Source: Lama guanicoe
Taxonomy: Eukaryota
DNA: 64,000 nt
Reading direction: 5' to 3'
NCBI GenBank assembly: GCA_013239625.1
Contig: MU053873.1
Location: 262,524 to 326,523 of the forward strand
Under the pieces are notes generated by a model. The model saw only the letters and a program-made list of their open reading frames with translations. It was not told the DNA's origin and did not search any database. A program made the translations under genes and the position numbers. Shown here one piece after another: positions 1 through 13,774 of this stretch. The first letter of the stretch is position 1. Each line of letters starts with the position of its first letter.

Positions 1-849
1 ATCCTCTGTCTGTCATTTACAATCTGCAACACTGAGCGTCATCCCCACCGGGAAGGGTCCTGGTTTATAACCCCATCACCCAGGTTGCTTTCTCGATGGA
101 AAGGAAGCCCTGGTTCTATTTTTGCTGTGACACGGGAGGCTGTTCCTTCCCCTGGGAGAGGTGGGGAGCGTGAGATACACGCATATCTGCTGATCGCCTG
201 CAGCGTTTTCTTGGCAGTCCTGCCACTCCCTGAGTCGTCTGAGAGGGGGGCTTGCAACCACCAGGATATCCTTTCCTCAGTCGAGTCATTTGAATTTCCA
301 GACCCAAATTGGGGAAGCACCCTGAATTTGCAGGCGTAATATTCTCAGTTTCATCAGAAGTTTGCTGAGTCTCTGTAGTGTGCCAAGCTCTGTGCCAGGC
401 CCCGGGCCCCAAGGCTTCACGGCTGGCAGGTATGTGTGCCCTGCACCAGATGGAGTTGCTCTGACCCCTGAAGAAGCTGGGGCTCAGACTCGGCAAGGAA
501 GGGTGCAGCCAGGCAGTCAAGTGCCACTGAACACAGCTTGGTGTTTCTCACCTCATCATTTAAGAATGACCAGTTGCGTTACAAACACAGTCATTTTTAT
601 TGAGTGTGAAGGAGTAACTTAGAATGTTAAATTAGTCTTGAGGGCATTTTTGAGAGAAGTTTTGTTTTGCCATGGTGATGGTCACAGGGGATGCCTGTGA
701 AGCTTGGGGTGGAGGCAGGGCGAGGACCACGGGGAGAAGGGCCAGCGCCTAGTAAGAGGGATGTTATGCAAGGAGGAAGGCCGACTTTGCAGGCCAGTGC
801 AGCAAGGCTGCACTCCTGGGTCAGTGGATGGTGACTCTGGATGCACATT

Positions 850-990
850 ATATGGACCTGGGAGCTTAAAAAAAATCTGTGCCCGGATCCCAGCCCCACC
901 TGATGAAATCAGAATCTCTGTGGGGAGACGCTCAGGCTCCCTTGTGTTGTTGCTAAAGCTTTGCAGGTGATTCCTATGTGAAATTAGGCG
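850..990. mobile_element. MER5-type hAT-Charlie relic
   Basis: cctgggagctt...aaatcagaatctctg...caggtgattc motifs. Confidence 0.65.
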
Positions 991-1063
991 TGAGCGGAGA
1001 GCTTGGCCAGGAGTGAGGTTGTGCCTTCTTGCTTAATTGTACTTGACCCGGTACAATGAAAGC

Positions 1064-1110
1064 ACACCCACCCACACACACATGCACATATATAGACACA
1101 GACACACATG
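1064..1110. repeat. Degenerate (CA)n microsatellite
   Basis: cacacccacccacacacacatgcacatatagacacagacacaca. Confidence 0.7.
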
Positions 1111-4100
1111 TAAAAGGCCTGGTCAACTTTGCAGTTTTAAACAAACAGAAAATCTTTGGCGTGTGTGCTGTCAGGTATCATTGTGACTCTCGGGGATACG
1201 CTGACGAAGCTGTGTGCAGAGGACAACTGCAGTGATGCTGCAACCTTAGACCAGTCTCTAGGAGTTACGCACAGTGCTTGATGGTTTTCTTTCTCTTTTT
1301 CTCTTTTTGCCCATTGTTGATTTCTTTTTCAAGGTCTAGGAAAAAAAGATTCTGGAGATATAGAACCAGATGGCTTTCTCATCCTACAGGGTCAGTGTCC
1401 CTGTTGTTCACCCCGTCATCACCCTGATCTGGGTTCATTTGACTCAGTCATTTCCCATGAACACTTTCTTTCTTTGAGGATCTCTCTTGGCCAGTTTCTT
1501 GGCTGGGGGGCTCAGCAAAATGTTGAGAGGGTTCTGCTTGTGCCTTTTAAAGAATTTGCCTACAGACTATAATGAAATGGGAGACCCCCAAAAGGCTTTT
1601 TCTAGAAGTTTCCATGTTTGTCAGGGATTTGCTCCAAGAGAGGGTAGGGTCATGGTTCTGAGTTAAGCACCTTCTTGCTGATGCCAGTTAGTTGGACACA
1701 TTCTGACTTCAGAATCCCAGCACCAGTGTGAGCTGGTCACCAGGTGATGTAGCCCAGAAGAAAAAAGCATCGTAAGGTTTGGGGATGGGGAGTCCATCCC
1801 TATGTGTATAAGAAACAAACCCAGGTTGACATCAGAACTCAAGAAACTAAAAGAGATAATCCAGCCCTTTTCAGAAGAGCCAGCCCTTCCCTGTCCCTGG
1901 GTGACCCTTGGCATCACCCAGTGTCACCTCCAGGGAAAAACCTGCCTAAAACTGTAGCCCCAAGAAAACCCTCCTCTGAGTAGGAACTTGGGAGCAGCTG
2001 CTCCCATGGAAGGAGCTGGACTAGGGCTAACAGGGCAGGCCTCTGCGAAAATCTTCCATGGAGGGGAAGGAGGGGGGAAGAAAGATTCCTCATTTACATC
2101 GAGAGCAAACTTCCTGTCCTATTAAACAATGAGGCATTCAGAACCCGCCTGAGTAAAAGTCCCCTGATGCAATGACAGGGTGAGCAATTTCATGTCAGCC
2201 TGTTGTTATGGATTTATACATGTCCTAGCTAGGGCTTGAGGTGAAAATCGGAGCCAAAAACAATAGCCCTAAGCCCCACAAGCACAAAAACCTCATTCCA
2301 GCGGAGTTTCCTTAAGAGAGAGAACAGCAGACTTTTCACAAACAAAGTGACTTCAAAGGCAGGCTTGCATCACCGGCCTCCCCCACTTGACACTTCCCTT
2401 TAGCCCAGACCTGGCCCTTCTGTTTTTTGGTTGACTTTACGAGGTTCTCACACACACACATCGCAAAGCAATTATCTGAGCTCTCAGGCCAACAGGAAAG
2501 TCATTGTAACTGAGTACTTCCTTTGTCGAGCGCTGACGTGGCCACTGCAGTGGGGATGGCAGAGGAGGCTGGCCGGGCAGCTCGGCACCCAGGGATGGAC
2601 TGAATTCCCGGGGGAGGAGGATGCCAGGGGGATGGGGGAATGGGGGAATTTTCTTACATCACTTGACGTGCTTGCTTCCACTCCCCAAATCCTGAGTCAT
2701 GACTAAAGCCGATTGCCTCGGGTCTCTGGCTGAAACCAGGGGTTATAGATTTGGAAACTGGATTCCATCAGCTGACTCTTGTCCAGTTCATCAGAGGAAA
2801 TGTGTATTATTTCAGGGGCCCCTCTTCAAGCTGAAGTGCCTTCTCATTGAGGAGCTTACGTGAGGAAAGTGGCTCTGGAGTGGCTTAGTAAGCCGATGCC
2901 AGGCTGGTGAACAATATTTGACGTTGGGTGAGTTTACAAAAAGGGCAGTCTCTCTGTTTGTTTAAACTGAGATTAAGTGAAAGGAAAAGTTTTTCTTTCC
3001 CATCCCAAGACAAATGTGAAACACATGTTTTCCCTTTTGACTTTGTAGTACAAGGCTCAAACAATACTCCCCACCCCCCTCAGCTGTGAGTGTTCAAGCA
3101 TTGCAGAATGTTTCCTCTCTTTGGTGGCCAAAGCCAATATGAGCCTAGATGTTTCCAGACAGTGAAGCTAATGGACTTGACCCAGTTGATTCCAGGTAAT
3201 TGGGGCCGGGAGGGGGAGGAGGTGTGTTCCCGGGCCGACCATTTTACGGGCAGGTAGCATGGTAAGATTTAGGACAGGTAATCCCGGGAACTGGGTTCAA
3301 GTCATGGATAGCTACGCCTTTGCCCGTGTGACCTCACTGAGCCTCAGTTTCCTCAACTGCAGCGTGAAATTGGTTCAACTCGAAATGCCTCGGGTAATTT
3401 CCAACTCTGGAAAGACTGTTGGTTTCGGTTGGTTTTTCTGGACGTGAGAGACGTTCCTTGTGGAAGGCACCCTTCACGTGGGCTCAGGGCAGCGTGGGAG
3501 ACCTCAGTCAAGGAGTCTGCCCCGCACCGTGCCCATGACTCACCATGACCTTGAACAACTCACTGGCCCTCTTCTGAGGGAGTCCTTCTCCTTATCTGAG
3601 AGAGGAGGTTTGATGGTCTTGCCCTGACATAGTAGTTCAGATATGTGACAAGTGAATGAGACCAGGGTGTAAAGAACTTTGAGTTCCTTGGACTAAATAG
3701 ATCATTCATCTTGGAAGATAAGTTAAAAAAAAAACAAACCCTAGTCCCCAAATATTTTTTGGATTATCTCAAGAATAAAGTAATGAAAATTTATATTCTT
3801 TACTCTTGGCTTTCCTTAAATGGCTACTGGTTCAGGAGAGGCAAGCATTTGAATGACCAACGTGGGCTGTGAACGTACAGATTTCCTCCTCCTCTGTGGG
3901 CCAGAGCATGTTCCCTGCTTTTATCGTGTTGCTTCTCTGCTCAGAAGCTGTCAAGATTCCCCCTTGTCTCCAGGATTCAATCCAAACTGGTATTCAGTTC
4001 CCATTGTGACCTGGCTTCAACTTGCATTGTCTGCCACATCTCCTACCTAAAATCCTAGAATTCACTAGGATCTCTAGGGGTGATGCCAGAATCACCCCGG

Positions 4101-4149
4101 GTAAATGTCTCCTTACAAGTGGGTGGCCAGTCTCTGCTGGGACACAGTG

Positions 4150-5950
4150 CTGGGGAGAAGCCGCTGACCCTGAATGCAACCTGGCCTTTTCCAAATCATC
4201 CCTGATCATTGGAAACTTCCCCCCTATGTTGAATCAGAATCTGCCTCATTATGAATCACAGCCACTTGTAGGAGCCCCTCCAATTCAGCTTCATCCCCCT
4301 CCTCACTGATGGTGGCCGTGATGCCACTCCTGACCTCTGAGTCGCTTTCCCAGACTAAACAACTGAAGTATCTTTAACAGATTTTCATTGACGTGTTTTT
4401 GGGATTCCTAAGTGTCGTCCTGACCATCACCTGGACATGCTTCAAATGGTCAGTGTCTCTTAAGAATAGGTGACCTTTGAACTGAATGCAATTTTTTAAA
4501 CGTGCACCAGTTGGTGGAGCTAGTATCTCCTTTGTTTCTGGAACAGTCATGTTGGGTAAGAGATGTGACAGTAATTCAGTGACTTAGAGAATATAGAATG
4601 TCTTTTTTCCCTCTCTCAAGTTACTGCCTGAGGTGAGTGATCCAGGTTAGCAAGTGCCCCTGCTCTCTGCAGTCATTCAGAGACCCAGGCCCCTTCCAGC
4701 TGGGGCCCTGCTGTTGCATGTGGTGTTCTGGTCCAAGCTGGATTGCTGCCAAGTTCCTGATGCAACCATGAAGAAAGGAACAGAGAGTGAGGAGGTGCTT
4801 TGCCCACCTCTTAAGGGCCCCAGGTCCCGACACAGACCACTTGTTAGATCCCACTGGTGAGAACTTGGTTCCATGGCCTGGCTCTGCTGCAAAGGAGGCT
4901 GGGAAATGTGGTACAGCGTCTCGGCACGCATCACCATGAGGGAACCGGAGGATGGAGGCTGGCGGCCATGAACATGGACAAGCCTCGTTGGACTTTCAGT
5001 GCCGGGAACACACCAAGCTCCCGTCCCTCGCCACTCTCTTTCTGACCTTCATTTGTGTCCCTCCAGGCCCCTATCCTAACTCTTGGTGAATTTTTTCGTG
5101 TTTCTTTCCCTTAGTAAACTCCAGCCTGCACAAGAGCAGGGAATTCGCTGCCCAGCCCAGCCTAGCGCCTGACACGTATTGGGGGCTCAATAAGAATTTG
5201 TTGAATCAGAGAATATGTAGACACTATATGCTTCCTAAATTCAGTCTTTCCTGCCAAGCACGTTGCACTGTGAGGTCATTTGTGGTAAACTAAAAGCCCT
5301 GTGTCTCTTTTCACATCAGCTGTTGCTGAGACATATTTCTCTGTCTCAGAAGTTGATTTTTTGACCTTAGACACAGCATTTTACACTTAATACCTATTGC
5401 ATTTTCGCTGCTTGGTTTTGACATCATTCTAAACCCCAAAGACCATTTTTCTGATATATCAAATAATACATGCATTTTCCCTTCATTTCATATTATCTGA
5501 AACTCTGATACATACGTCCCATGTGTTTCCTTAGTGATGCAGATGGTAAAAAAGGGCCAAAGCTGGAGCCCCTCCCAGTACGGGAGCCGGTCCTCCATCA
5601 CCAGCTGCCCATGCGGATGAATGTTCACGCACACAAACCACGCTCGTGACCGGAATCTCACTGAGCCCAGCTGATCAGGTGCCCTGCTGAAAGGAGGCCC
5701 TCACCGGAACTCAGGCCTCCTGTTCTGCTCCTGCACAGACAGGACCATAGAGGCTTCCAGCCAATAGCAAGAATCCCCTTGACAACACCCTCTAGTTTAC
5801 CAGTCCAGTAAACTTATAAAAAACAGGAAATGACTCGTTCTTAGTGAATCCATGCTTAGCGACTCCTAACAATTACTGTTCTCTGCTAAGTGTTTACAAA
5901 ACTTTAATTCTTAATTTCTTCTGAACCGGTTCCAGGATCTAACCTTTCTT
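4150..5950 (-). mobile_element. Fragmented L3/CR1 relic interrupted by MLT1-like (~4620-4930) and L2 (~5110-5210) pieces
   Basis: ggaaacttccccctatgttgaatcagaatctgcctc and tgactcgttcttagtgaatccatgct resemble L3. cagagacccaggccccttccagct resembles MLT1. ctcaataagaatttgttgaat is an L2 tail. Confidence 0.5.
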
Positions 5951-7875
5951 GGAAACCCTGCCACATCGGTCCATTTTCTGTCCCCAGATGTACCTCTGTC
6001 TTCACACCTCTGTAGGAAACGCTTTTCCTGCTTGACTTTGTCTAAACCCTGATGTCTCCTCCAGATCTAGCCCCATAGTCCCCTTCACCAATGGCACTGT
6101 CCCTCACCATTCCAGACCTCTCTGTGCTCTTGGTCCTTGTGGGATTCGTACACCCCATCCCTCCTCAGGGCAGCCTTCCCCTCATGATGTGCCTTGCACA
6201 AAACCCTTCTGAAAACCAGCATCCATTTATGCCCACAGACTAGCCCTGCATTAGAACTTCAGCTGAAGCTGTGTTCCAGGGCCAAGTGGTGTGCTCTTCC
6301 AGAGTGTTTGGAAATATTTATTTTTAATAAAATAAAAATTTGGTAAAGTATATGATAAAGTCCCAAGGAAGCTGTAGAATTACTGGATTATTGACTACGG
6401 GAAACCAATCCGTTTGATATAACGTTCTGAGACATCAGGATGGGTAGTGACATAATTAAACCATAGCATTTACAACTTCCTGAATGTTTCAGTGGCAAAG
6501 GAGACAAATCAAAATTCAGAGTGGCATGCGAAATATTTTCGGAAGTGTTTATTCACTTTTCACAAAGAGAGATTTATGAAAGAGTTCAAGTAGGGTTTCT
6601 TTAACTACCTTGGTAGATTTAAAACAATTTAATTTCCATGTGACTTTAGAAAGAAAAGTCCGTGCTGTAAAGTGAAATCCACCTGTGTTTAACCTCCCCC
6701 GAGCAGCCTCCAAATCTCTGAGAGGAGAAAGTTAGCTCTGTTAGATCATCGAGTCCAATTGCAATTGAAAACCTTGTACCCTGGAGGGGAGGGGACCCAG
6801 AAGGGAATGAATCTGTCACCCCATTCACAAAAGCCCCCTTCCCCCAGCCCCAGCGCCTGTCACCTCCTTCAGACCAGAGAGAAACTTTCGTTTCTCTAGA
6901 AATGCTGATGACTCTCATTATAAAATCCCTCTCTGCTGCTTGCTTTCTGAGCCTTAATAAATCTTGAATTAATATGAAAACCACCCAGGCACTGACTCCC
7001 CACATTTCCCAACGAGCTGTCTGGAGGTGGCTGCTTCTTCATGAGTAACTTCCCCAAATGTTTGGAAAATTGCCTGACGTGGTGAACTTACGGCCACCGC
7101 AGGCACTCAGGCAGGGAGGCAACACTCATCCCAGTGTCAGCCTGGAGCGAACCCTGACCTCCCCTGGTTTCTTCTTCGCTCCTTCCTTGCTCTCCTTTCT
7201 TGCTCAGGGCGAGTCATGCCTCCTTTTCTTCTCCCCGACAAAGAATGGAATTTGGGTCCCCAGTTATCACTAAGGACTTAATGACGTGGATTTTTGGCTT
7301 TGCCTTTTCTTGTAACTTCTCTGTGATTGGACGATCCGAGATCAAGAAGAAGCCAATTTTCCAGTTACATCCACTCGGGACCTCATGACCTTCATCGGCA
7401 TTTCTAGAAGACAGCGGTGCTACAGCTGTTCTCCCGAAAGGCCCACACTAACGTTTTCCATCTTAACACTTTCCCTGGCTTTCACCTTGGGTGAGCTCAG
7501 GGCCACTTTCGCCGTGTCTGAAGCTTCTTTCCAGCCTCCCCGTTTCCCTCCCTTGTTTCCTCCTGTTCTTCCTTCCCTGGGGGGTGAGCCTCCATAACCC
7601 AAGAGCCTCTGTCACCACTTCGGCAGGTGTTAGGCTGAGGTCTGAGCAGGTGCTGATGCAGAACTTCCCTGCGGCATCAGAAAGCGGCATCCCGGGAATG
7701 GCTGCAAGAGAGAACAAACCATTCCCGGGCTGGCTGAAGGCACAAGGTTAAAGCGGTCGGGTGACCTTAACGTCCAGAGACCACGTCCAGAGTCCAGCTG
7801 ATTTGTAAATATGTCTTCCCATCCACAAAATGGTAAATGAAATCTGCTTGAAGGGCAGAGAAAAAAATTGATTCC

Positions 7876-8290
7876 TTTTTTTATTGGTGTAAAATATACA
7901 TAACATAAAATTTTACAATTTTGACCATTTTTAAGTATACAATTCAGTGGCAACAAGTACATTCACCTTGTTGTGCAGCCATCACCACCATCCAGCTTCA
8001 GAACTTTTTCATCTCCGATGAAAATTTGTACCCACTGAACAGTGACTCCCATTCCTCTCTCCTCAGGGCCCTGATAACCACCATGTGCTTTGCGTCTCTA
8101 TGATTTTGACTACTCCAAGCACCTCGTATACATGGACGAAGACAGTATATATGCTTTTGTGACTGGCTTATTTCACTGAGCATAATGTCCTCCAGTTTCA
8201 TCTATGTTGTAGCAGGTGTCAAAATTTCCTTCCTTCTCAAAGCAGAATAACATTCCATTGCATGTATATACCATATTTTGTTCATTGTTG
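7876..8290 (-). mobile_element. L1MB-like LINE-1 3' UTR fragment
   Basis: ttttattggtgtaaaatatacataacataaaattt...gactggcttatttcactgagcataatgtcctc. ORF 7998..8201 (LEDIMLSEISQSQK) is the L1 ORF2 tail. Confidence 0.88.
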
Positions 8291-9449
8291 ATTGATTCTG
8301 TTTTTTTTTTAATGTTTTATTTAAAATGTATGAACTTTGTATTTTAACAACTGGGGAATTGAACAGTGAGTGGAGTATGGTGGGGAAAGCACTGAACTGG
8401 ACTTCAGGAAAACTGGAACTTAGTTCTGGCTCTGCAGCTGGTGATCCTGGACCAATGGATCCCACCAACGTGGGTTGGAGGAACCCCTGCATCAGAACTG
8501 GTGGGGCTACTTGGGAGGGTCGCAGATTCCTTAGAGAATCTGCATTTCTTTTCCCAGATGTTGCTCTGTATTTAAGTTTGAAAGCTACTGCTCTGGGCTC
8601 CATTCTCCCATCTGGGCTAGACCACAGATTTTTTTAACAGGGCTGCACCCTTGCTCGGAAGAAAGCCAGGGTTTCAGGGAGGGACAGTAGGGGCTCCCAA
8701 GTGGATGGGTATGAGGCCCAGCACCAAGGGGAAATTCAGGGCAGGAGTCACTTCCCCACCTCTACTTCCTTTATCTCTTTTGCTTCTAAGAGTCTACAGA
8801 ATTCTTAAAAGAAAATTTAAAACCAATAGGCTCAACATGAAACCACTTCTACTGAAAGTAAATGAATTACCAAATGTGTTTTTGAAATTGCCGTTGAGTT
8901 TAAAAATGATTGTTTTATAAACTTAATTGGTTTTGAATTCTCTTGTTTGGGATTTAACATACGGTTGTTTTAATTTAATTTTAAGCTCTGGCAAAAGGTT
9001 TCTGTAGCACTTTGATGTCCCTCCTGCCACACTGCTGACAGGCCATTTCTGCAAATGGGAGTTTAGCAGGTGCATTTTGTGCCCCCCACACACTGTAGAA
9101 TGCGTATTTTTGTCCATATGTCATAATTCTGCCTGATCTCAGTATTTCTGATTCTTGGTTTTAAAACATAATCGCAGACCTTTGGGGAAAGCTAGTGTCT
9201 GACTCCTACAGCATCTGGGCCTCATTTGCTTCTAGATAAGTCTTTTAACCTGTTTTTAGGGGACCCCTTTCTCTGGGCGTTTCCATCCCCACCAGCCCCT
9301 CTCCCCATCATCACAGGGTCAGGAGAATGGGCCCCTGTATGGTGTGATTGCCATCCCTCCCAGGCATTGTGGCCGACCCAGCCTCCTCCACGACTCAGCT
9401 GGGCCATCAGACCCTCTTCCCCGAGGACCTGTGCCTGGATTTCCCCTCC

Positions 9450-9772
9450 CCATGTGGCTGGGCCTGTGAATGTTGACCTTGGACCATGGGCAGCCATCTT
9501 TGACCAGTGGCCTGGGTACCAGAAAGAGCCATTATGAAGAGAGAGAAGATTGGGTTGTATGCATGGAAAGAAGCGGACACAAGACCCCAGAAACCCTGGG
9601 TTTCCAAAGGCTTTGCCATTTCTAACTCCCTTTCCAATCTCTGACTATAGCCTTGGCTTCCACCCCTGGAGAGTTACAACAAACTCTCCTCCTCCTCCTT
9701 TTTTTTTTTTTTCCTTAAACTAACTCAAGGATGGTTTCTTTCACTTGCAATTGTAGAGTTATAACTAGTATA
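9450..9772 (+). mobile_element. Old MLT1 (ERVL-MaLR) LTR relic
   Basis: ggcagccatcttt core and a 3' end ggtttctttcacttgcaa...taactagtata. Confidence 0.55.
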
Positions 9773-10259
9773 TCCTGTAAAATATGAGTCCAATCCAGTT
9801 TACTAGAGTATTATAAAAATAAATTGAGATATTTGTATGGCTATTATTAATGCTAATTTATCTAATTATAATTATGAGTCCTGCTTTTTCCCTTTAGATT
9901 AAAAAGTATTCTATTTATTGGCTAGACTTAATATTCCAAAGTTACTCTTTTATTTGGGATAAGGCATTGAAGGCGGAGTGGATTTTGAAATGCAAAGAAA
10001 AAAAAAAGGGTAGACATTTTGAAATGCAAGTATTTTCAAGAAAGAGTAACATATTTTAAAAAAATAATTGACCACACTCAGGAAAGGTGCCAGGATGAAT
10101 ATTCATTCCTTCCTTGCTTGCCCTGAGTCAGGAGCAGGGCTGGGGGCCGGCATGGTTCAGGCCCCCTGAGAGCCAGGCACAAGCGTGGGGTGGGTAGCCA
10201 GGCAGGTACAATGTGTTCTAGGTGTGGGATGGGAAGGACAGGAGGGGGCCACGGGAGAA

Positions 10260-10690
10260 GGCATCTGAACCAACTCAGGAAGACTTCCTAGAGGAAATGA
10301 TGCTCAAACTAAAGAATGAATAGAAATTAGAAAGGCCACTGGAAGAGAGTGCTGTAGGCGGACAGGCTACTCAGCGCCCTGGAGTGGAGGAAAGCATGGC
10401 TCATGCCTTACTGAGCACGAGGATGCTGGTGAGGTGAGCAAGGGCCGAGGGTGCAGGGCTCATAGGCCATGCTGGGGAGTCTGGACTTGACTCTGAGGCC
10501 CCGGGGAGGCATGGGAAGTTTTGTGTAGGATAAATCTGGTCATACTTTGGAGAGATGCCTGTAGCCAGGGTGGAGAATGTGTGGTGGGGACGGTGTCTGA
10601 AGGCAGAGAGACTGGCCAGAAGGCCGCTACAGTAATCTAGGTGAGAGAGGATGGTGCCCTGAAATTTGCGTTAGGAGAGAAAGAAGGGTT
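10260..10690 (-). mobile_element. L2 LINE relic
   Basis: caggaagacttcctagaggaaatgatgct, ggagtctggacttgactctgagg and gtaatctaggtgagagaggatggtg motifs. Confidence 0.7.
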
Positions 10691-12106
10691 GAGGGGAATA
10701 GAAAGAATTCAGCTGATATACAGAATATTCTGAATTACGATCTCCATTTTACAGGTAAAATTCAGGGGGATGCTGAGTTGCTTACTCAAGCTCACACAGC
10801 TGGCAAGTGGTCCCAAGGGCTTTGGGGTATTAGAATGTCATACCACTGCCAGCTTATAGTCTCTTAGCACAAGTTGCCCCCCTCATGGGACTTGGAGAGT
10901 TGAGATGCAGAGTAAGTAGGTTTAATTGTGGGAGAAAAGGTCTAAGTTCGAGGCGCAAATGGTTATCCAGGAGAACAGGCCTGGGTGCGGTGTTCCCTCG
11001 GGGAGTCCTAGAGGGGAGGCCTGGGGACAGCACAGTCGCAGGAGAGGAGCCTTCAGGACGGGGTCGAGGAATACCTAGACCAGACGTTGGCTATTTAACA
11101 GAATCATTCAACTGATCAGTATGCTTGGAGAAAGACCGCCTTGGACTGCAGTAAAGGCACTTTACTGACTTGGACAAGATGTGGACGAAGGAGACTGAGG
11201 GCAAGGGGACAGCAAGGCCACAGTGCACACCTCACAGCACTTAGACCAGGTCCCAGGTAAACTGTGTGATCCGGGTCATACGAGACAACCGTGAAACTTC
11301 AAAGAAATGATAGACCTTAGAGGCACTTTGTAACTCCTACATAAAGGTGAGTTCTGTGTTGTCCTGAGCTGTCATAACTACCTGCTCAAGTCGTCTCTGG
11401 AGACAGGTTGTTAGTCTGGTTCTCACCACTCACCTCTCCCCAGATCAGCCCCTCCCTTCGAGGGGGCTCCGGGGGACCTGGGAGAAGTGGCGACCTTCCA
11501 CTCCTAACGGCTGTTGGTTTGAAGAGTTGATTGTTTCCTGTCCTTGTGCCTTGTCATTCCCTCAGGAAAAGACAGAAAGAAGTAGAACTAGTTTTCAAAA
11601 CACTTGAAACAGAAAGAAAGAGAAAACAGATTTGAATTTAGTTTTAGGGCCAAAGAAAAATTTCCTTTGATCCATTCGGCTGCCTGGTATTGCGTCTTAA
11701 ATTTCAAATGGCTCCTGCCTCCACAGTTCCAAGGGGACCTAAGACTAGTGACTATTGGTAGAAGGTGATTTAAAGGGGAAAAGGTTGGAGGTGGGGTGGA
11801 TTTAGTGGCTCAAGTTAGTGAGTTCTAGTTTCCAGAAAAAGCCAAGTTTGACTTAGCATTTGAGATACTTACCTGATTTTCTGGTAGCACAACTTAAGTT
11901 AGAACATTGGACCAGAAGCTTGGAAGAGCAACTCCATTGCATACAAACTCCAGAAGGCACTCATTGTGAAAATTTATGTGCATATGAAAGTACTTCCCAG
12001 AGAGGGCCCTTTGAGAAGGTTGGCCCTTGGCCTTCCTCTCCAGTCTCACCTGCAAGTGGGTCAAACAGCGCAAGGGAAGGGTGAGGACTGATGCAGCTGT
12101 GTTTCT

Positions 12107-12731
12107 TTCTTTTTTTTTTTTTTACATTTTTTATTGATTCATAATCATTCTACAGTGTTGTGTCAAATTCCAGTGTTCAGCACAATTTTTCAGTCATTCA
12201 TGGACATATACACACTCATTGTCACATTTTTTTCTCTGTGAAAATTAACCACATTTTGTGTATATTTCCCTGTGCTATACAGTGTAATCTTGTTTATCTA
12301 TTCTACAATTTTGAAATCTCAGTCTATCCCTTCCAACCCTCTACCCCCCTGGTNNNNNNNNNNNNNNNNNNNNNNNNNNNNNNNNNNNNNNNNNNNNNNN
12401 NNNNNNNNNNNGGTAACCACAAGTCTGTATTCTCTGTCCATGAGTCTATTTCTGTCCTGTATTTATGCTTTGTTTTTGTTTGTTTGTTTGTTTTTGTTTT
12501 TTAGATTCCACATATGAGCGATCTCATATGGTATTTTTCTTTCTCTTTCTGGCTTACTTCACTTAGAATGACATTCTCTAGGAGCATCCATGTTGCTGCA
12601 AATGGCATTATGTTGTCGGTTTTTATGGCTGAGTAGTATTCCATTGTATAAATATACCACATCTTCTTTATCCAGTCACCTGTTGATGGACATTTAGGCT
12701 GTTTCCATGTTTTGGCTATTGTAAATAGTGC
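12107..12731 (-). mobile_element. Young 5'-truncated LINE-1 (3' end, camelid-like)
   Basis: Poly-T at the left end and L1 3' sequence (tagtattccattgtataaatataccacatcttc). Perfect 17-bp TSD gatgcagctgtgtttct at 12090-12106 and 12732-12748. Confidence 0.93.
12354..12411. other. Assembly gap (58 N)
   Basis: Run of N inside the L1. Confidence 1.
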
Positions 12732-13774
12732 GATGCAGCTGTGTTTCTAAAGACGCGATGACTCGTTTTTTGGTTGTTTTTTTTTTTTCCAGAAATGAGG
12801 GTCATTCTTGGACTTTCCCTTTTGAACATTGTTTTCTGTTTCTGCCTCTTTAATTAGAGCTAGAAATTCGATTAACCAGGAGGAAAAAAGAGAAAGTCTT
12901 TTCAAGCCAATTTCCTTGTGCTCCCGAGAGGTTTTGAGGTTAGGTCAGCACATACCTGTGCTGTTTACCTCTCTGGCTGTTGACGGGACGGCATGGGACT
13001 TGGCCAGAAGCTGTCGTTGGTCATAGCAATGACCACTACCGTCTTGGCTTCTCTTTAGTCTCTTTAAGACTGCTCTTTAATGTCTTGGCATATAATAACG
13101 ATTGTGTTTACCAGGTAAATGGTTCTTTTGAACATTTATTATTATTATTTTTTGCAATACCTATCAAAGAAAGAGAAGCACCATGCCAGGGTGTGATTAG
13201 AGGCCACTGTGCTGTATCGAGGACTTCAGGTTTCCTGTTGACTAGCCTACATTTTTCTTTGCACCAAGACTCACCCCCCCCCCCCCGCCCCTAAGAAAAC
13301 TGAACAATATGAAGTGGACATAACACAAAACTCTTTGAAGGGAAAAGTCATGCTATGTTTCGAGATGCAACACTTTTTTTCAGGTCACTTAAAAGAAGTC
13401 ATGCGGAGTCCATTTTCAGGGAAACACTGAGTTTGGGGAAATAAACCATCTGTAAGTCAGCAGCCCCCTGCCTCCACCCTGCCAATCATGAGCGCTTCCA
13501 AACTTGGCTGGACTGGTATTTACAAAGTAGACTAAGAAAATTGTTTGAAAGTACAATCAAATTAATATCTTTCTATGGGAGAATGTTCACAGGGTATAGC
13601 TAACTGAAAAAGAGAGAGCAAGAGAGAGGAGAGATTCCACTAAATTAAATATTTTTGGACACACACACACAGAGGAAATACACTAAAATGGGCCATGGGT
13701 CTATGGGTGATTTTTTTCTTCTTTATGTTTTTCTTATTTTTCTAAACTTTCTAGCATAAGCAGGTGTTATATTA

